64,000 bases of DNA from an uncultured Gemmatimonadales bacterium. Its GTDB lineage: Bacteria; Gemmatimonadota; Gemmatimonadetes; Gemmatimonadales; GWC2-71-9. Positions 1-8,297 of the stretch are shown here, piece after piece. Where the stretch lies: assembly GCA_963739455.1 (NCBI GenBank), contig CAVUAK010000001.1, positions 2,144,001-2,208,000 on the forward strand, in the 5' to 3' direction. The stretch's first letter is position 1. Every line of letters starts with the position of its first letter. Made by a program: the position numbers and the translations under genes. The notes under the pieces are model-generated. The model was given only the letters and a program-made list of their open reading frames with translations, was not told the DNA's origin and did no database searches.

Positions 1-193
1 AGTGCACCCGGCTGCCAGCCGAGTCGGCCACGGTCATGGCCTTCGCCACGCCAGTCGCGCCGGGGATCTTCGACTGGCCGAGGACACTGTCACGCTCACG
101 CTGCGACTGGACCTTCTTCGCCGCGGCATCCTTCTCCTTCGTGCACGCCACCAATGCGAGCAACAATGCTGCCGTCGTCAGTCGTCGATGCAT
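1..193 (-). CDS. Putative lipoprotein, N-terminal part (runs off window start)
   Basis: Manual translation MHRRLTTAALLLALVACTKEKDAAAKKVQSQRERDSVLGQSKIPGATGVAKAMTVADSAGSRVH; AGGAG RBS upstream; signal peptide with lipobox LVAC. Not in the ORF track. Confidence 0.75.
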   Translation of the reverse strand, partial: MHRRLTTAALLLALVACTKEKDAAAKKVQSQRERDSVLGQSKIPGATGVAKAMTVADSAGSRVH

Positions 194-209
194 GCCGTAT
201 CTCCTTGAC

Positions 210-554
210 TCAGGAACGGTTCTTCTCGCTGTCGACTTCGAGGTGATGCTTCCTGAGCACGTGACCGAATACCGGGGCGAGCAGCAGGGCAGTCACGACG
301 AGGTAGGCCAGGCCGGAGTAGAGCGCGTAGACGCCGGCGAAGATGCGCGATGGATTATTGGGATAGCTGCCGGAAGGCCCTTCTCCGCCGAGGAGCAGCG
401 CTGCCTGGGAAAAGGACTCGACCAGGTCGTATCCGGCCGCGAGGTGAAAGCCCAGCATGCCCACGGTGAGGGAACCGACGATGAGAATGGCGGCCAGTGC
501 GAGGTTTCGTCGCGCGACCTTCCTGACGGTGGGATGAATGCGCGGGGGTGTCAG
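210..554 (-). CDS. Small 2-TM membrane protein, potassium-channel-pore-like architecture; start uncertain
   Basis: ORF 210..464 is open upstream to about 554 (LTPPRIHPTVRKVARRNLALAAILIVGSLTVGMLGF), giving TM1, then a pore-helix-like SFSQAALLLGGEGP, then TM2 (RIFAGVYALYSGLAYLV). Confidence 0.6.
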   Translation of the reverse strand: MTPPRIHPTVRKVARRNLALAAILIVGSLTVGMLGFHLAAGYDLVESFSQAALLLGGEGPSGSYPNNPSRIFAGVYALYSGLAYLVVTALLLAPVFGHVLRKHHLEVDSEKNRS

Positions 555-829
555 CGCGGCTGCTCCCGGGTGGTGCCTGCGGGACGGGCGAGCAGGCGCT
601 CCGCAAAGTCGAGCCGCTCATGGACCTCGCCCAGTTCGCGCCGCAGGTCGTCCACTTCGCCGCGAAGGGCATCGAGCTCCTCGCGTGATCCGCCCTGTCC
701 CTCCAGGCGCACCCGGGTCTCCTCGAGGCGCAACTGCGCCGTCTTCTGGAGGCCGCGGAAGATGATCGCGATGACCGGGATGGACAGGGCCAGGATGGGG
801 ATGAACATCGCGAGCGCTTGCTTATCCAT
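551..829 (-). CDS. Small membrane-anchored coiled-coil protein (ERLDFAERLL motif)
   Basis: MDKQALAMFIPILALSIPVIAIIF TM helix plus coiled coil ending HERLDFAERLL; GGAGG RBS. Confidence 0.8.
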   Translation of the reverse strand: MDKQALAMFIPILALSIPVIAIIFRGLQKTAQLRLEETRVRLEGQGGSREELDALRGEVDDLRRELGEVHERLDFAERLLARPAGTTREQPR

Positions 830-852
830 CGCATGTCCTCCGCGCGGTGTTG

Positions 853-1485
853 CTAGGCGTACCGCAGTATCGCGATGTAGTGGCAGGCAGTCCCGGCGAT
901 CACGAACAGGTGCCAGACAAAATGCCCGTATCGCAGGCGGTCCATGGCAAAGAATGCCACGCCGGCGGTGTAGGCCAGGCCGCCCGCCGCGATCAACACC
1001 AGGCCCGGCAGCGGCACTTCTCGGAGGAAGGGCCGGGCCGCCACCAGGGCAAGCCATCCCATCGCGAGGTACAGGGCCGTGGAGAGCCGGGGCCAGACGA
1101 TGCCCTTGGTGGCCTTGACCGCGATTCCGACTGCGGCGAGCAGCCAGACCACGGAGAGCAGGGTCCATCCCAGTGGCCCCCGCAGCACGCCCAGCGCGAA
1201 GGGAGTGTAGGTGCCCGCGATGAGCAGGTAGATGGCACTGTGATCGATGACCTGGAGGACGCGCTTGGCGCGGCTCTCGGGGATCGCGTGGTACAGTGTG
1301 GAAGAGAGGTAGAGCAGGACAACCGTTGCCGCGAAAATGGCGGCCGCGAGGATGAGGACGGTATCGCCCCGACGGAGCATGGCCCCGATGAGGAACGGGG
1401 CGGCGGCCAGGCTCGCAGCCAGCCCGATACCGTGACTGACGCTGTTGGCGATTTCCTCGCCCAGGGTCTGGGAACGCGAGGTCAT
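853..1485 (-). CDS. Hemolysin III / PAQR family membrane protein (TrhA/YqfA-like)
   Basis: EEIANSVSHG, SSTLYH, DHSAIYLLIAGTYTPF and HFVWHLFV motifs; 7 hydrophobic segments. Confidence 0.93.
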   Translation of the reverse strand: MTSRSQTLGEEIANSVSHGIGLAASLAAAPFLIGAMLRRGDTVLILAAAIFAATVVLLYLSSTLYHAIPESRAKRVLQVIDHSAIYLLIAGTYTPFALGVLRGPLGWTLLSVVWLLAAVGIAVKATKGIVWPRLSTALYLAMGWLALVAARPFLREVPLPGLVLIAAGGLAYTAGVAFFAMDRLRYGHFVWHLFVIAGTACHYIAILRYA

Positions 1486-1498
1486 CGTGGGTTCGCCC

Positions 1499-1735
1499 TC
1501 AGCTCGCCATCCGCTCCTTGAGCCACGCCATGAGGCGCTTGTCGACCTCGAGGGCCTCCTGGTCGGGCGAGTGGGGCATCACTTCCCACCGCTTGCCGGC
1601 GCTCATCAGGAACCAGGATGCCTCGGTCGCCTCGATGGCGCGGGCGGCATTAGCCACCTGGCCCTCGTACGACACGAAATGGAACTCGCGCCCCTTGAAC
1701 ACCAGGCGCCGTTGTTCAACCTTGTGCTTGTTCAT
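1499..1735 (-). CDS. Hypothetical protein (78 aa)
   Basis: GGAGG RBS before ATG at 1735; co-oriented between the desaturase and hemolysin III genes. Confidence 0.7.
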   Translation of the reverse strand: MNKHKVEQRRLVFKGREFHFVSYEGQVANAARAIEATEASWFLMSAGKRWEVMPHSPDQEALEVDKRLMAWLKERMAS

Positions 1736-1814
1736 GCCGCTCACCTCCGGGAAACCCCGCAAATCCGTACCCGACTTGAATCTAGTCGGTTGGGGCCCAG
1801 ATCAGGCTTTTCGG

Positions 1815-2882
1815 TCAGGAGGTGCCCAGTGCCTCGCGGGAGGCGACCGCCGGGGCCTTGGGCGGCACGGTCCGGCTGCTTCCCTCGATCGCGTCGAGGT
1901 CGGGGCGGACCTCGTCGGCCAGGCCGACACGGTTGCGGTCGGCCCGCACCATGCGCGAGAAGAGCGACAGCTCGCGGTCGAAGAGGAACTGGAAGAACAG
2001 GCGGGTCCAGGACATGTGCGACTTGAGCTCGACGTAGAACTCGGGCGCCATCGCCTTGATCTTCGGCAGCCGGTTCCAGGGCACCGACGGGAAGTCATGG
2101 TGCTCGTTGTGGTAGCCGACGTTGAACGTCACCGCGTTGAGGAAGCCGTAGTAGCTGAAGGTTTCCTGCTCGCCCTCGGTGGTGAGGTAGTGGCGCTGGA
2201 TCCACCGGGCGCCGAGCGGATGGAGCCCGATGGAGAAGAAGAACGACATGGCGAGGTACGCCAGCGCCTTCGGCCCGAGGAAGTAGTACACCGCCACATT
2301 GGCGGCGATCATGACCGCGAGGTTGATGATCTCCAGCTTCTGCAGCACCTGCACTTCCTTCATGCGCATCGGGCGGAGCGCCTGGAAGAATGGGTAGAAC
2401 AGCAGCCAGAGCGCCTTCCCGACGAACGAGTGCCCGATCAGCTTCGCTTCCCACAGGCTCGGCACGTCAGCGTCGAGCTCGTACACGCCCTGGAAGGCGT
2501 GATGCTTGAGGTGGTACTTCTGGAACGGCGCGATCGACGGGAAGAAGAGCGGCAGGTTGGCGATCAGGCCGGTGACGAAGTTCGGCGTCTTGCGCTTGAA
2601 CACGAGGCGGTGGGTGCACTCGTGAATGAGGATGAAGAGTCCGTGGTTGGCGAAGGCGCCAATGGTGTAGGCGAGGAGGAACACCACCCACCAGGAACGG
2701 TCTGCCGCGAACCAGGCGACGACGCCCTGAAGTGCCACCACCACCAGCGTCCACCAGAAGGTGGACTGGCTCGGCCCGATGAGTGTCCGGATATCGGGGT
2801 GGGCCCGGAGGATTTCCTTGGTACGGCTCCGGTGCGGCTCCGGGGCAGTGGAATGCTTGAAATCGGCGGTTGGGGCGGCCAC
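1815..2882 (-). CDS. Fatty acid / sphingolipid delta-4 desaturase (DEGS/DES1-like)
   Basis: His boxes HECTH, HLKHH, HNEHH; N-terminal EPHRSRTKEILRAHPDI, GLHPLGARWIQRHY and ETFSYYG resemble DEGS-family motifs; GTG start after GAGG. Confidence 0.88.
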   Translation of the reverse strand: MAAPTADFKHSTAPEPHRSRTKEILRAHPDIRTLIGPSQSTFWWTLVVVALQGVVAWFAADRSWWVVFLLAYTIGAFANHGLFILIHECTHRLVFKRKTPNFVTGLIANLPLFFPSIAPFQKYHLKHHAFQGVYELDADVPSLWEAKLIGHSFVGKALWLLFYPFFQALRPMRMKEVQVLQKLEIINLAVMIAANVAVYYFLGPKALAYLAMSFFFSIGLHPLGARWIQRHYLTTEGEQETFSYYGFLNAVTFNVGYHNEHHDFPSVPWNRLPKIKAMAPEFYVELKSHMSWTRLFFQFLFDRELSLFSRMVRADRNRVGLADEVRPDLDAIEGSSRTVPPKAPAVASREALGTS

Positions 2883-2974
2883 AGGCACCTCAATACTCGT
2901 GTTGAATTGGGTGGACCGGACCGGAACACCGATGCGGAACCGTTTCACCGGCAAATCTATGCGACAAGGGGGGA

Positions 2975-3003
2975 TTGACAATACAAGTTATAACATGTAA
3001 TAT
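2975..3003 (+). promoter_or_regulatory. Sigma70-type promoter of the MarR gene with palindromic operator in the spacer
   Basis: TTGACA (2975-2980), 17-nt spacer, TAATAT (2998-3003); spacer contains GTTATAAC. Confidence 0.75.
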
Positions 3004-3008
3004 CGTCC

Positions 3009-3476
3009 ATGCCTCAAGGACTTCGTGAAGAACTCAAGCAGAACAAGCCGTTTCCCCGGCGAAGCTCGGAGGCGGCGGTGAGCGTGATGCGAACGGCGGC
3101 GGTGCTGGAGCACGAGTTGAACGACGTCCTCAAGCCGCATGGGCTCACCCTGACGCAGTACAACGTGCTGCGCATCCTGCGTGGGGCGGGGGAGAACGGG
3201 CTGTGCGGGCGCGAGGTGGGGGAGCGGTTGATCTCCCGGGTGCCCGACGTATCGCGCCTGCTCGAGCGGATGGAAGATGTGGGGATCGTGCGGCGCGAGC
3301 GTGACGACAACGACCGTCGGCACGTCACCGCGAGGATCACGGAGTCGGGGCGGCGGCTGCTGGAGTCGGTAACGCCCCAGCTCGAGGCGGTGGAGCGGGC
3401 GCGGTTCGGCCGGCTGAGCGAGTCGGCGCTCCAGGCGATGATCACGTCGCTGGCGGTGGTGCGCGACCACGGCTGA
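3009..3476 (+). CDS. MarR family transcriptional regulator
   Basis: GLTLTQYNVLRIL...VSRLLERME..G...R......DRR winged-helix pattern. Confidence 0.93.
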   Translation: MPQGLREELKQNKPFPRRSSEAAVSVMRTAAVLEHELNDVLKPHGLTLTQYNVLRILRGAGENGLCGREVGERLISRVPDVSRLLERMEDVGIVRRERDDNDRRHVTARITESGRRLLESVTPQLEAVERARFGRLSESALQAMITSLAVVRDHG

Positions 3477-3493
3477 AGTTTTTTAGAGATTAT

Positions 3494-3505
3494 CTGTTAT
3501 AACAG
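3494..3505. promoter_or_regulatory. Second copy of the putative MarR operator (CTGTTATAACAG)
   Basis: Perfect palindrome in the AT-rich gap before the DoxX gene; shares the GTTATAAC core with 2987-2994. Confidence 0.65.
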
Positions 3506-3535
3506 TTACCGTTACAACTTTCAAGGAGCACTTAT

Positions 3536-4078
3536 ATGTCAGTCAACACAATGGATATCGCGACACTCAGCGCTGGCCTGCTGGTAGCACGCCTCGCCCT
3601 GGGACTGGCCATGGCCGCGCACGGTTCGCAGAAGCTGCTCGGCTGGTTTGGGGGCTACGGGCTTAAGGGCACGAGTGGGTTCTTCGAGGGACTGGGCTTC
3701 CGTCCAGGCGTGACCTTCGCCGCTGCCGCGTCGGCAAGTGAGGTGGTCGGTGGGCTGCTCGTCGCGCTCGGCTTCCTCGGGCCGATTGGTCCGGCGCTCA
3801 TCATCGGGGTGATGATCGTGGCGGCAGTCACGGTTCACCTCAAGAACGGCTTCTTCGCCAGCACCAACGGCTTCGAGGTGGCGTACCTCTACGCCGCCGG
3901 TGCGGCGGCGCTGCTGCTGACCGGGCCGGGGGCGTACTCGCTCGACGCGCTACTGGGTATCGGTTCGCTTTGGACGCCGGCGGTGGTGTGGGGCGTGCTG
4001 GCTGCGGGTATCGCGGGTGGGTTCGCGAACCTGCTGCTCCGCCGGACGGTGCCGACGCCGGTCGCGGCTCAGCACTAA
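3536..4078 (+). CDS. DoxX family membrane protein
   Basis: LLVARLALG...AHGSQKLLGWFGG.G, EVVGGLL..LG, VH...GFF....GFE and GPGAYSLD motifs. Confidence 0.92.
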   Translation: MSVNTMDIATLSAGLLVARLALGLAMAAHGSQKLLGWFGGYGLKGTSGFFEGLGFRPGVTFAAAASASEVVGGLLVALGFLGPIGPALIIGVMIVAAVTVHLKNGFFASTNGFEVAYLYAAGAAALLLTGPGAYSLDALLGIGSLWTPAVVWGVLAAGIAGGFANLLLRRTVPTPVAAQH

Positions 4079-4102
4079 CGGCTGACAGACAAAGGCTCGC
4101 GG

Positions 4103-4649
4103 TCAGGTGCCCTTGACGGGGTACCTGGCCGCGAGTCGCGTCACGGTGTTGATGTTGCGGAAGGTTGCCCGCCCCTTGAGGGTGCGCTCGAAGAGCGCAT
4201 TCGTCAGCTTCGAGTCGCTCTGCCCTCCTGCCGTTCGCCAGTAGAGTTCCCGCCCGTTCACATGCAGGTCATCGATGGAAGTCTTGAGGGCGAGCACTGC
4301 CTTGGTGGTCGGGGCATCGAGCGGCCCGCGGAGGAACCCCACGACCATCGCGCCGGCGAAGTCGGCTGGCACCGTCTTGAACGCCTTGTAGCCGGCGATC
4401 ACGGCCACTTCCGACTCGCTCCGGATGAAGGTGTGCACCTCGTAGCCGAGCGCCTGGTGCAGGTGACGCTCGATCTTCGCCTCGAGGGACGCGGCTTTCG
4501 CGCTCGAACGTGAAGATGACATTGCCGCTCGCAATGAAGGTCTCGACGTCCTTGAGGCCCAGTTCCCCGAAGAGCTCGCGGAGCCGGTCCATGGTGACGG
4601 TGTGGCCGCCGACATTGATGGCGCGGAGGAAGGCGATATGCCGAGGCAT
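4103..4649 (-). CDS. DUF1697 domain protein (one frameshift near 4507)
   Basis: N-terminus MPRHIAFLRAINVGG...VETFIASGNVIF in ORF 4269..4706; C-terminus ...ATFRNINTV in ORF 4103..4615. Confidence 0.85.
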
Positions 4650-5131
4650 CAGGAGGTCCCGTCCAGCATGCGCTCCATGGCGAATGACTCCTCGTCCACG
4701 CCGCACTCATGCAGCTTGCGCATACTCCGAAAGACTGTGTACCCGCGCCGGTGATAGAAATCGAGCGCGCGAGGGTTGAACGAGGAACAAGTGAGCCAGC
4801 TGCGCGCAAAGCCACGGGTGCGGACCACCTCTTCCCCGTACGCCAGCAGCAGTGAGCCGATCCCCTGGCCCTGATAGTCGGGATGGATCCAGAGTCCGTC
4901 GATCTCATCCACCGTCGGTTGCATGAGGCCCGCGATCACGCCGTCGCGTTCCATCACGAACATCTCGGCCCAATCGCGCGGATAGGACGTGGACTCGCGA
5001 TCTTCGCGGGCCCATTGCTCGATCAAGGGGGACGGTGCGGTGACACCAAACGCGCTCAGGAACGAGCGGCGGGCGACCTCGATAAGGCGGGGGACGTCGG
5101 CTTCAGTTGCGGGGCGTATTGGGCTGGGCAT
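4649..5131 (-). CDS. GNAT family N-acetyltransferase
   Basis: IRPATEAD, LWIHPDYQGQGIGSLLL and NPRALDFYHRRGY motifs. Confidence 0.92.
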   Translation of the reverse strand: MPSPIRPATEADVPRLIEVARRSFLSAFGVTAPSPLIEQWAREDRESTSYPRDWAEMFVMERDGVIAGLMQPTVDEIDGLWIHPDYQGQGIGSLLLAYGEEVVRTRGFARSWLTCSSFNPRALDFYHRRGYTVFRSMRKLHECGVDEESFAMERMLDGTS

Positions 5132-5363
5132 CGGGCTGGCGCGCCGTCTTCAGCAGGCGCTCCGAGAAATCCAGGCGTTCCTCGAGCTGTGCCACGCGCT
5201 GGTTCACCTGGTCGAGCGCTTCCTGCCGATTGGTGATCTCGTCCTCGAGGCGTTCCTGCTGGCGTTCCGCGCGCTTCTGGCGGTTCCAGAGGACGATGCC
5301 GCCCCACGTTGCCGCAACGATGAGGCCGTTCATCAGCACCCAGGTGAACAGCTGGATCGTCAT
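5103..5363 (-). CDS. Small membrane-anchored coiled-coil protein (ERLDFSERLL), paralog of 551..829
   Basis: N-terminal TM plus coiled coil ending LEERLDFSERLL; GGAGG RBS. Confidence 0.8.
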   Translation of the reverse strand: MTIQLFTWVLMNGLIVAATWGGIVLWNRQKRAERQQERLEDEITNRQEALDQVNQRVAQLEERLDFSERLLKTARQPDAQPNTPRN

Positions 5364-5385
5364 GCATCCTCCGCGAAACAGGCAA

Positions 5386-5472
5386 CGGCGTGGGTGAGAT
5401 TCGAACTCACGGAACCGTTTCCGGTTCGGCGGTTTTCAAGACCGCTGCCTTAAACCACTCGGCCACCACGCC
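5386..5472 (-). tRNA. tRNA-Ser (anticodon TGA), CCA not encoded
   Basis: Reverse complement GGCGTGGTGGCCGAGTGGTTTAAGGCAGCGGTCTTGAAAACCGCCGAACCGGAAACGGTTCCGTGAGTTCGAATCTCACCCACGCCG; long variable arm, GTTCGAATC T-loop. Confidence 0.96.
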
Positions 5473-5484
5473 TACAGAGGGGTA

Positions 5485-5519
5485 AAGTAAGGCCCCGCTG
5501 CCACTTCGGTAGCGGGGCC
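5485..5519 (-). terminator. Probable intrinsic terminator
   Basis: GGCCCCGCTACC-GAAGT-GGCAGCGGGGCC hairpin followed by TTACTTT on the minus strand, after the 5545..6123 stop. Confidence 0.6.
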
Positions 5520-5544
5520 ATATGCGCTGCGAAACCTCGCAGGG

Positions 5545-6123
5545 CTATCCGTGAAGCTGCGCCACGATGCGGTCGACGATGGACTCTTCCTGCGTCGACA
5601 CGCCGCTCGACAGTCCCAGCGTCTTCCCAAGGCCGCCCGACGCCTTCGCCACTTCGAGACACGCCTTGGCAATTCCCTTCACGCGCTCCTCCCGCTCCGC
5701 CTGGGGTAGCTCCGCCAGGCCAGTCTTGATGACCTCGGCGGCGGTAGTGAAGAGCTCGTCTGTCGGCCGAGTCTTGAGCCAGTCGGCGAGCTGCATGCCG
5801 GACGCATCGGTGGCCTTGACGCCGCGGGCCGCAGCGAGGCGCATGACCGTCTCGCGCTCCTGGTCGGTGACGCTCAGCCCGGCCCACGCAACTTGAACCA
5901 GCGGCGCCAGGACAAAGGCCGGAGCGGTGTCGGCCATCACGCCGAGATTGATGACACGCTGCAGGAGTTCCGGCGCCTTCACCCGCAGTACTTCTGCCAG
6001 CCCCGCCGTAACTACGGCGAGCTGCTCCTTGTTGCGAAGCTTCTCGATCAACTCCGCGTCGCGAGCCCGGGCCCACTGGCCTTCGGCGGCGCGCTCACGG
6101 TCCTTGAAGATGTCGTCTGACAA
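5545..6123 (-). CDS. Hypothetical protein; IF1/zeta-like N-terminal helix plus TerB-like helical domain
   Basis: TTG start after GAGGGAG; PLVQVAWA...VTDQERE and EVAKASGG..........VSTQEE segments look TerB-like. Confidence 0.7.
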   Translation of the reverse strand: MSDDIFKDRERAAEGQWARARDAELIEKLRNKEQLAVVTAGLAEVLRVKAPELLQRVINLGVMADTAPAFVLAPLVQVAWAGLSVTDQERETVMRLAAARGVKATDASGMQLADWLKTRPTDELFTTAAEVIKTGLAELPQAEREERVKGIAKACLEVAKASGGLGKTLGLSSGVSTQEESIVDRIVAQLHG

Positions 6124-6150
6124 TTGGCCACTCCCTCGTTTGCGGGTGGG

Positions 6151-8283
6151 CTAATGAATTGGTTGCAGGTTGATCCGGATCGCCTGCGCGATCGAGTCCG
6201 CCAGCTCCGCCTTCGGGAGGTCACCCTTGGTGCGGAGCGTCACGCCCAACCCCCGGTAAAGTACGGCATACAACTGGAGGATGGATGACGATGGCGGATC
6301 CACCCAACCGCGCGGGCGCGGGCGCGCGATCGAGCGCCAGTGGTACACGTTCCAGAGCAGGTAGTTCGTGCGCGGAAAGTCCATGAGGCCGAGCACCGGG
6401 TTGTCCACCAGTGAATCGCTGATGGAGGTGGCCGGGCTGGTCATGAGCTTCCGGACCATACCCTGCGTGACCAGGTACTGGCCCAGGCCCAGGGTCTGGT
6501 CGGGATACCCGCCATCGCTCCACGAAAAATAGATCGGCCGCTTGCCGAGGTTCTGCCGGATGATGGCGACGACGGCGAGATCCTGCAGCATGAGGTAGTC
6601 AGCGTTGAAGCGGATCTGCACGCTGTCCACCTTGAGTCCCGACCCCTTCTGCACCTGCATGTACTCCGGCAGGCTGTCGAGCTGGGCCTCGGTGAACCCG
6701 AAGACCGGCTCCGTGGGGTGGGCCCAGCGCGCCACCGCCGTGCTGGCGCTCGCGCTCGAGTCATTGCCCCAGAGGGAAACTGAGCGGCTCACGTCGAACA
6801 CCGGCGTCTCGCGACGCCGGAGCTGCCGCAGGTGCCAGCGGGTATTGAGCAGCGAGAGGTTCGCGAGGGTGACGTCGGGCCGCACGCCCTCTACCTCCTG
6901 CGCATACCAGAGGGGGAAGGTGTCGTTGTCGCCGGCGGTAATGAGGATGCCGTACGGCTCCACCGATTCGAGGAGGTCGACCGCGAAGTCGCGCGCCGCG
7001 GTTTCGTGAGCCCGGCTCGCCGTCGCGTGATTGCCCATGAGCGGAATCAGCCCGAGGAGCAGCACCGGGCTCGCCGCCACCCACCCCGCCTTGCCGTCAC
7101 CCTTCTTCATGCTGTCGGCGATGAAGCGCATGAGGCCGCCGATGCCTCCCGCCACGAGCAGGCCCCACGCGGCAAACGACGCCACGAAGAAGTAGTCCCG
7201 CTCGCGCACTTCACGCGGCAACTCCGGCTGGTCCGGATGCATGGAGTAGCCGTACTTGAAGTTCAGGTAGAACACCAGCAGCGGGATGAGCGTGAAGAAG
7301 AACACCAGCACCATGGCGGCGTTGCGCTTGCTGGTGCGCCAATAGGTGATGATGCCGAACAGGCCGAGCGTGGTGAAGATGGCGGTGGCGATACGACTCC
7401 AGCCGCCCCAGTCGCGCGCGAACTGCCACGACCAGTACTGCCAGTAGTTCTGGAACTGCGAGAACAAGTCTGCCTGGCGCTGGTCGATGCCCGGCTTGGC
7501 GTACTGGACGCGGTTGAGGACGTCGCTCAGCGCCTTGCTGAAGAACCCGATCGGCTCGCCCTCGTTGATGGCGGGGAACTGCGCCGCCCGGATCGGCATG
7601 TAGATGTAGTTGATCGAGATGCCGACCACCGCGGCAGCGATGACCGCAACCCAGAGCCACGGCTTGAGGACGACCCGCCAGTCGGTCCACAGCACGTATA
7701 CCGCAACCGCAGGCGCCGCGAGTACGCCCATCATGTGGTTGGTGGAGCTCAGTGCCAGCACGTAGGCAATGAGGACCAGCCAGCGATCGCGCCGCGGTCC
7801 CTCCGGCTCGTCGCCCCAGTGGACGCACAGCCACATCACGATGGCGATGGAGAGCAGTGAGACGGTATAGACCTTCTCGTTCACCGTGGACTGGTTCCAC
7901 ACCGTCCAGCTCATGGCACTCACGAAGATGCCGGCGAAGGCCGCGCCGTACCGGGCCCACTTCACCGGCACGACCGGGCGCAGCCACCGCTCGGCGACGA
8001 GGAACCAGAGCCCCGCGGCTGTGGCACTCGTTACAGCTGCGAAGAGGTTCACGCGCTGCGCGTACGACGCCGCGAGTGGCAGCAGCGCAAACACGTGCGC
8101 CATCAGGGTGAAGAGCGGGTTTCCCGGCGGGTGGGGAATGCCCAGCACTTTCGCGGCAGCGATGTACTCGGAGGTATCCCAGAAGGCCGTGGTGGGGGCC
8201 AGTGTGGCGAGATACACGCCGAGCACGACAGCCGCCGCAAGCGCGGCGGCAAAGTAAGGCGGGCGGGAGGACTCAGTCTGCAA
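6151..8283 (-). CDS. DUF2723 family polytopic membrane glycosyltransferase (TMEM260-like GT-C)
   Basis: YLATLAPTTAFWDTSEYIAAAKVLGIPHPPGNPLF, WNQSTVNEKVY, EVRERDYFF and GDNDTFPLWYAQEVEGVRPDV motifs; many TM helices. Confidence 0.9.
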   Translation of the reverse strand: MQTESSRPPYFAAALAAAVVLGVYLATLAPTTAFWDTSEYIAAAKVLGIPHPPGNPLFTLMAHVFALLPLAASYAQRVNLFAAVTSATAAGLWFLVAERWLRPVVPVKWARYGAAFAGIFVSAMSWTVWNQSTVNEKVYTVSLLSIAIVMWLCVHWGDEPEGPRRDRWLVLIAYVLALSSTNHMMGVLAAPAVAVYVLWTDWRVVLKPWLWVAVIAAAVVGISINYIYMPIRAAQFPAINEGEPIGFFSKALSDVLNRVQYAKPGIDQRQADLFSQFQNYWQYWSWQFARDWGGWSRIATAIFTTLGLFGIITYWRTSKRNAAMVLVFFFTLIPLLVFYLNFKYGYSMHPDQPELPREVRERDYFFVASFAAWGLLVAGGIGGLMRFIADSMKKGDGKAGWVAASPVLLLGLIPLMGNHATASRAHETAARDFAVDLLESVEPYGILITAGDNDTFPLWYAQEVEGVRPDVTLANLSLLNTRWHLRQLRRRETPVFDVSRSVSLWGNDSSASASTAVARWAHPTEPVFGFTEAQLDSLPEYMQVQKGSGLKVDSVQIRFNADYLMLQDLAVVAIIRQNLGKRPIYFSWSDGGYPDQTLGLGQYLVTQGMVRKLMTSPATSISDSLVDNPVLGLMDFPRTNYLLWNVYHWRSIARPRPRGWVDPPSSSILQLYAVLYRGLGVTLRTKGDLPKAELADSIAQAIRINLQPIH

Positions 8284-8297
8284 GGTGAAACTCCAGT

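Noticed and set aside
5386..5472. Long-arm tRNA as tRNA-Sec (selC)
   Set aside because: The anticodon is TGA (Ser), not TCA, and the acceptor stem is a normal 7 bp.
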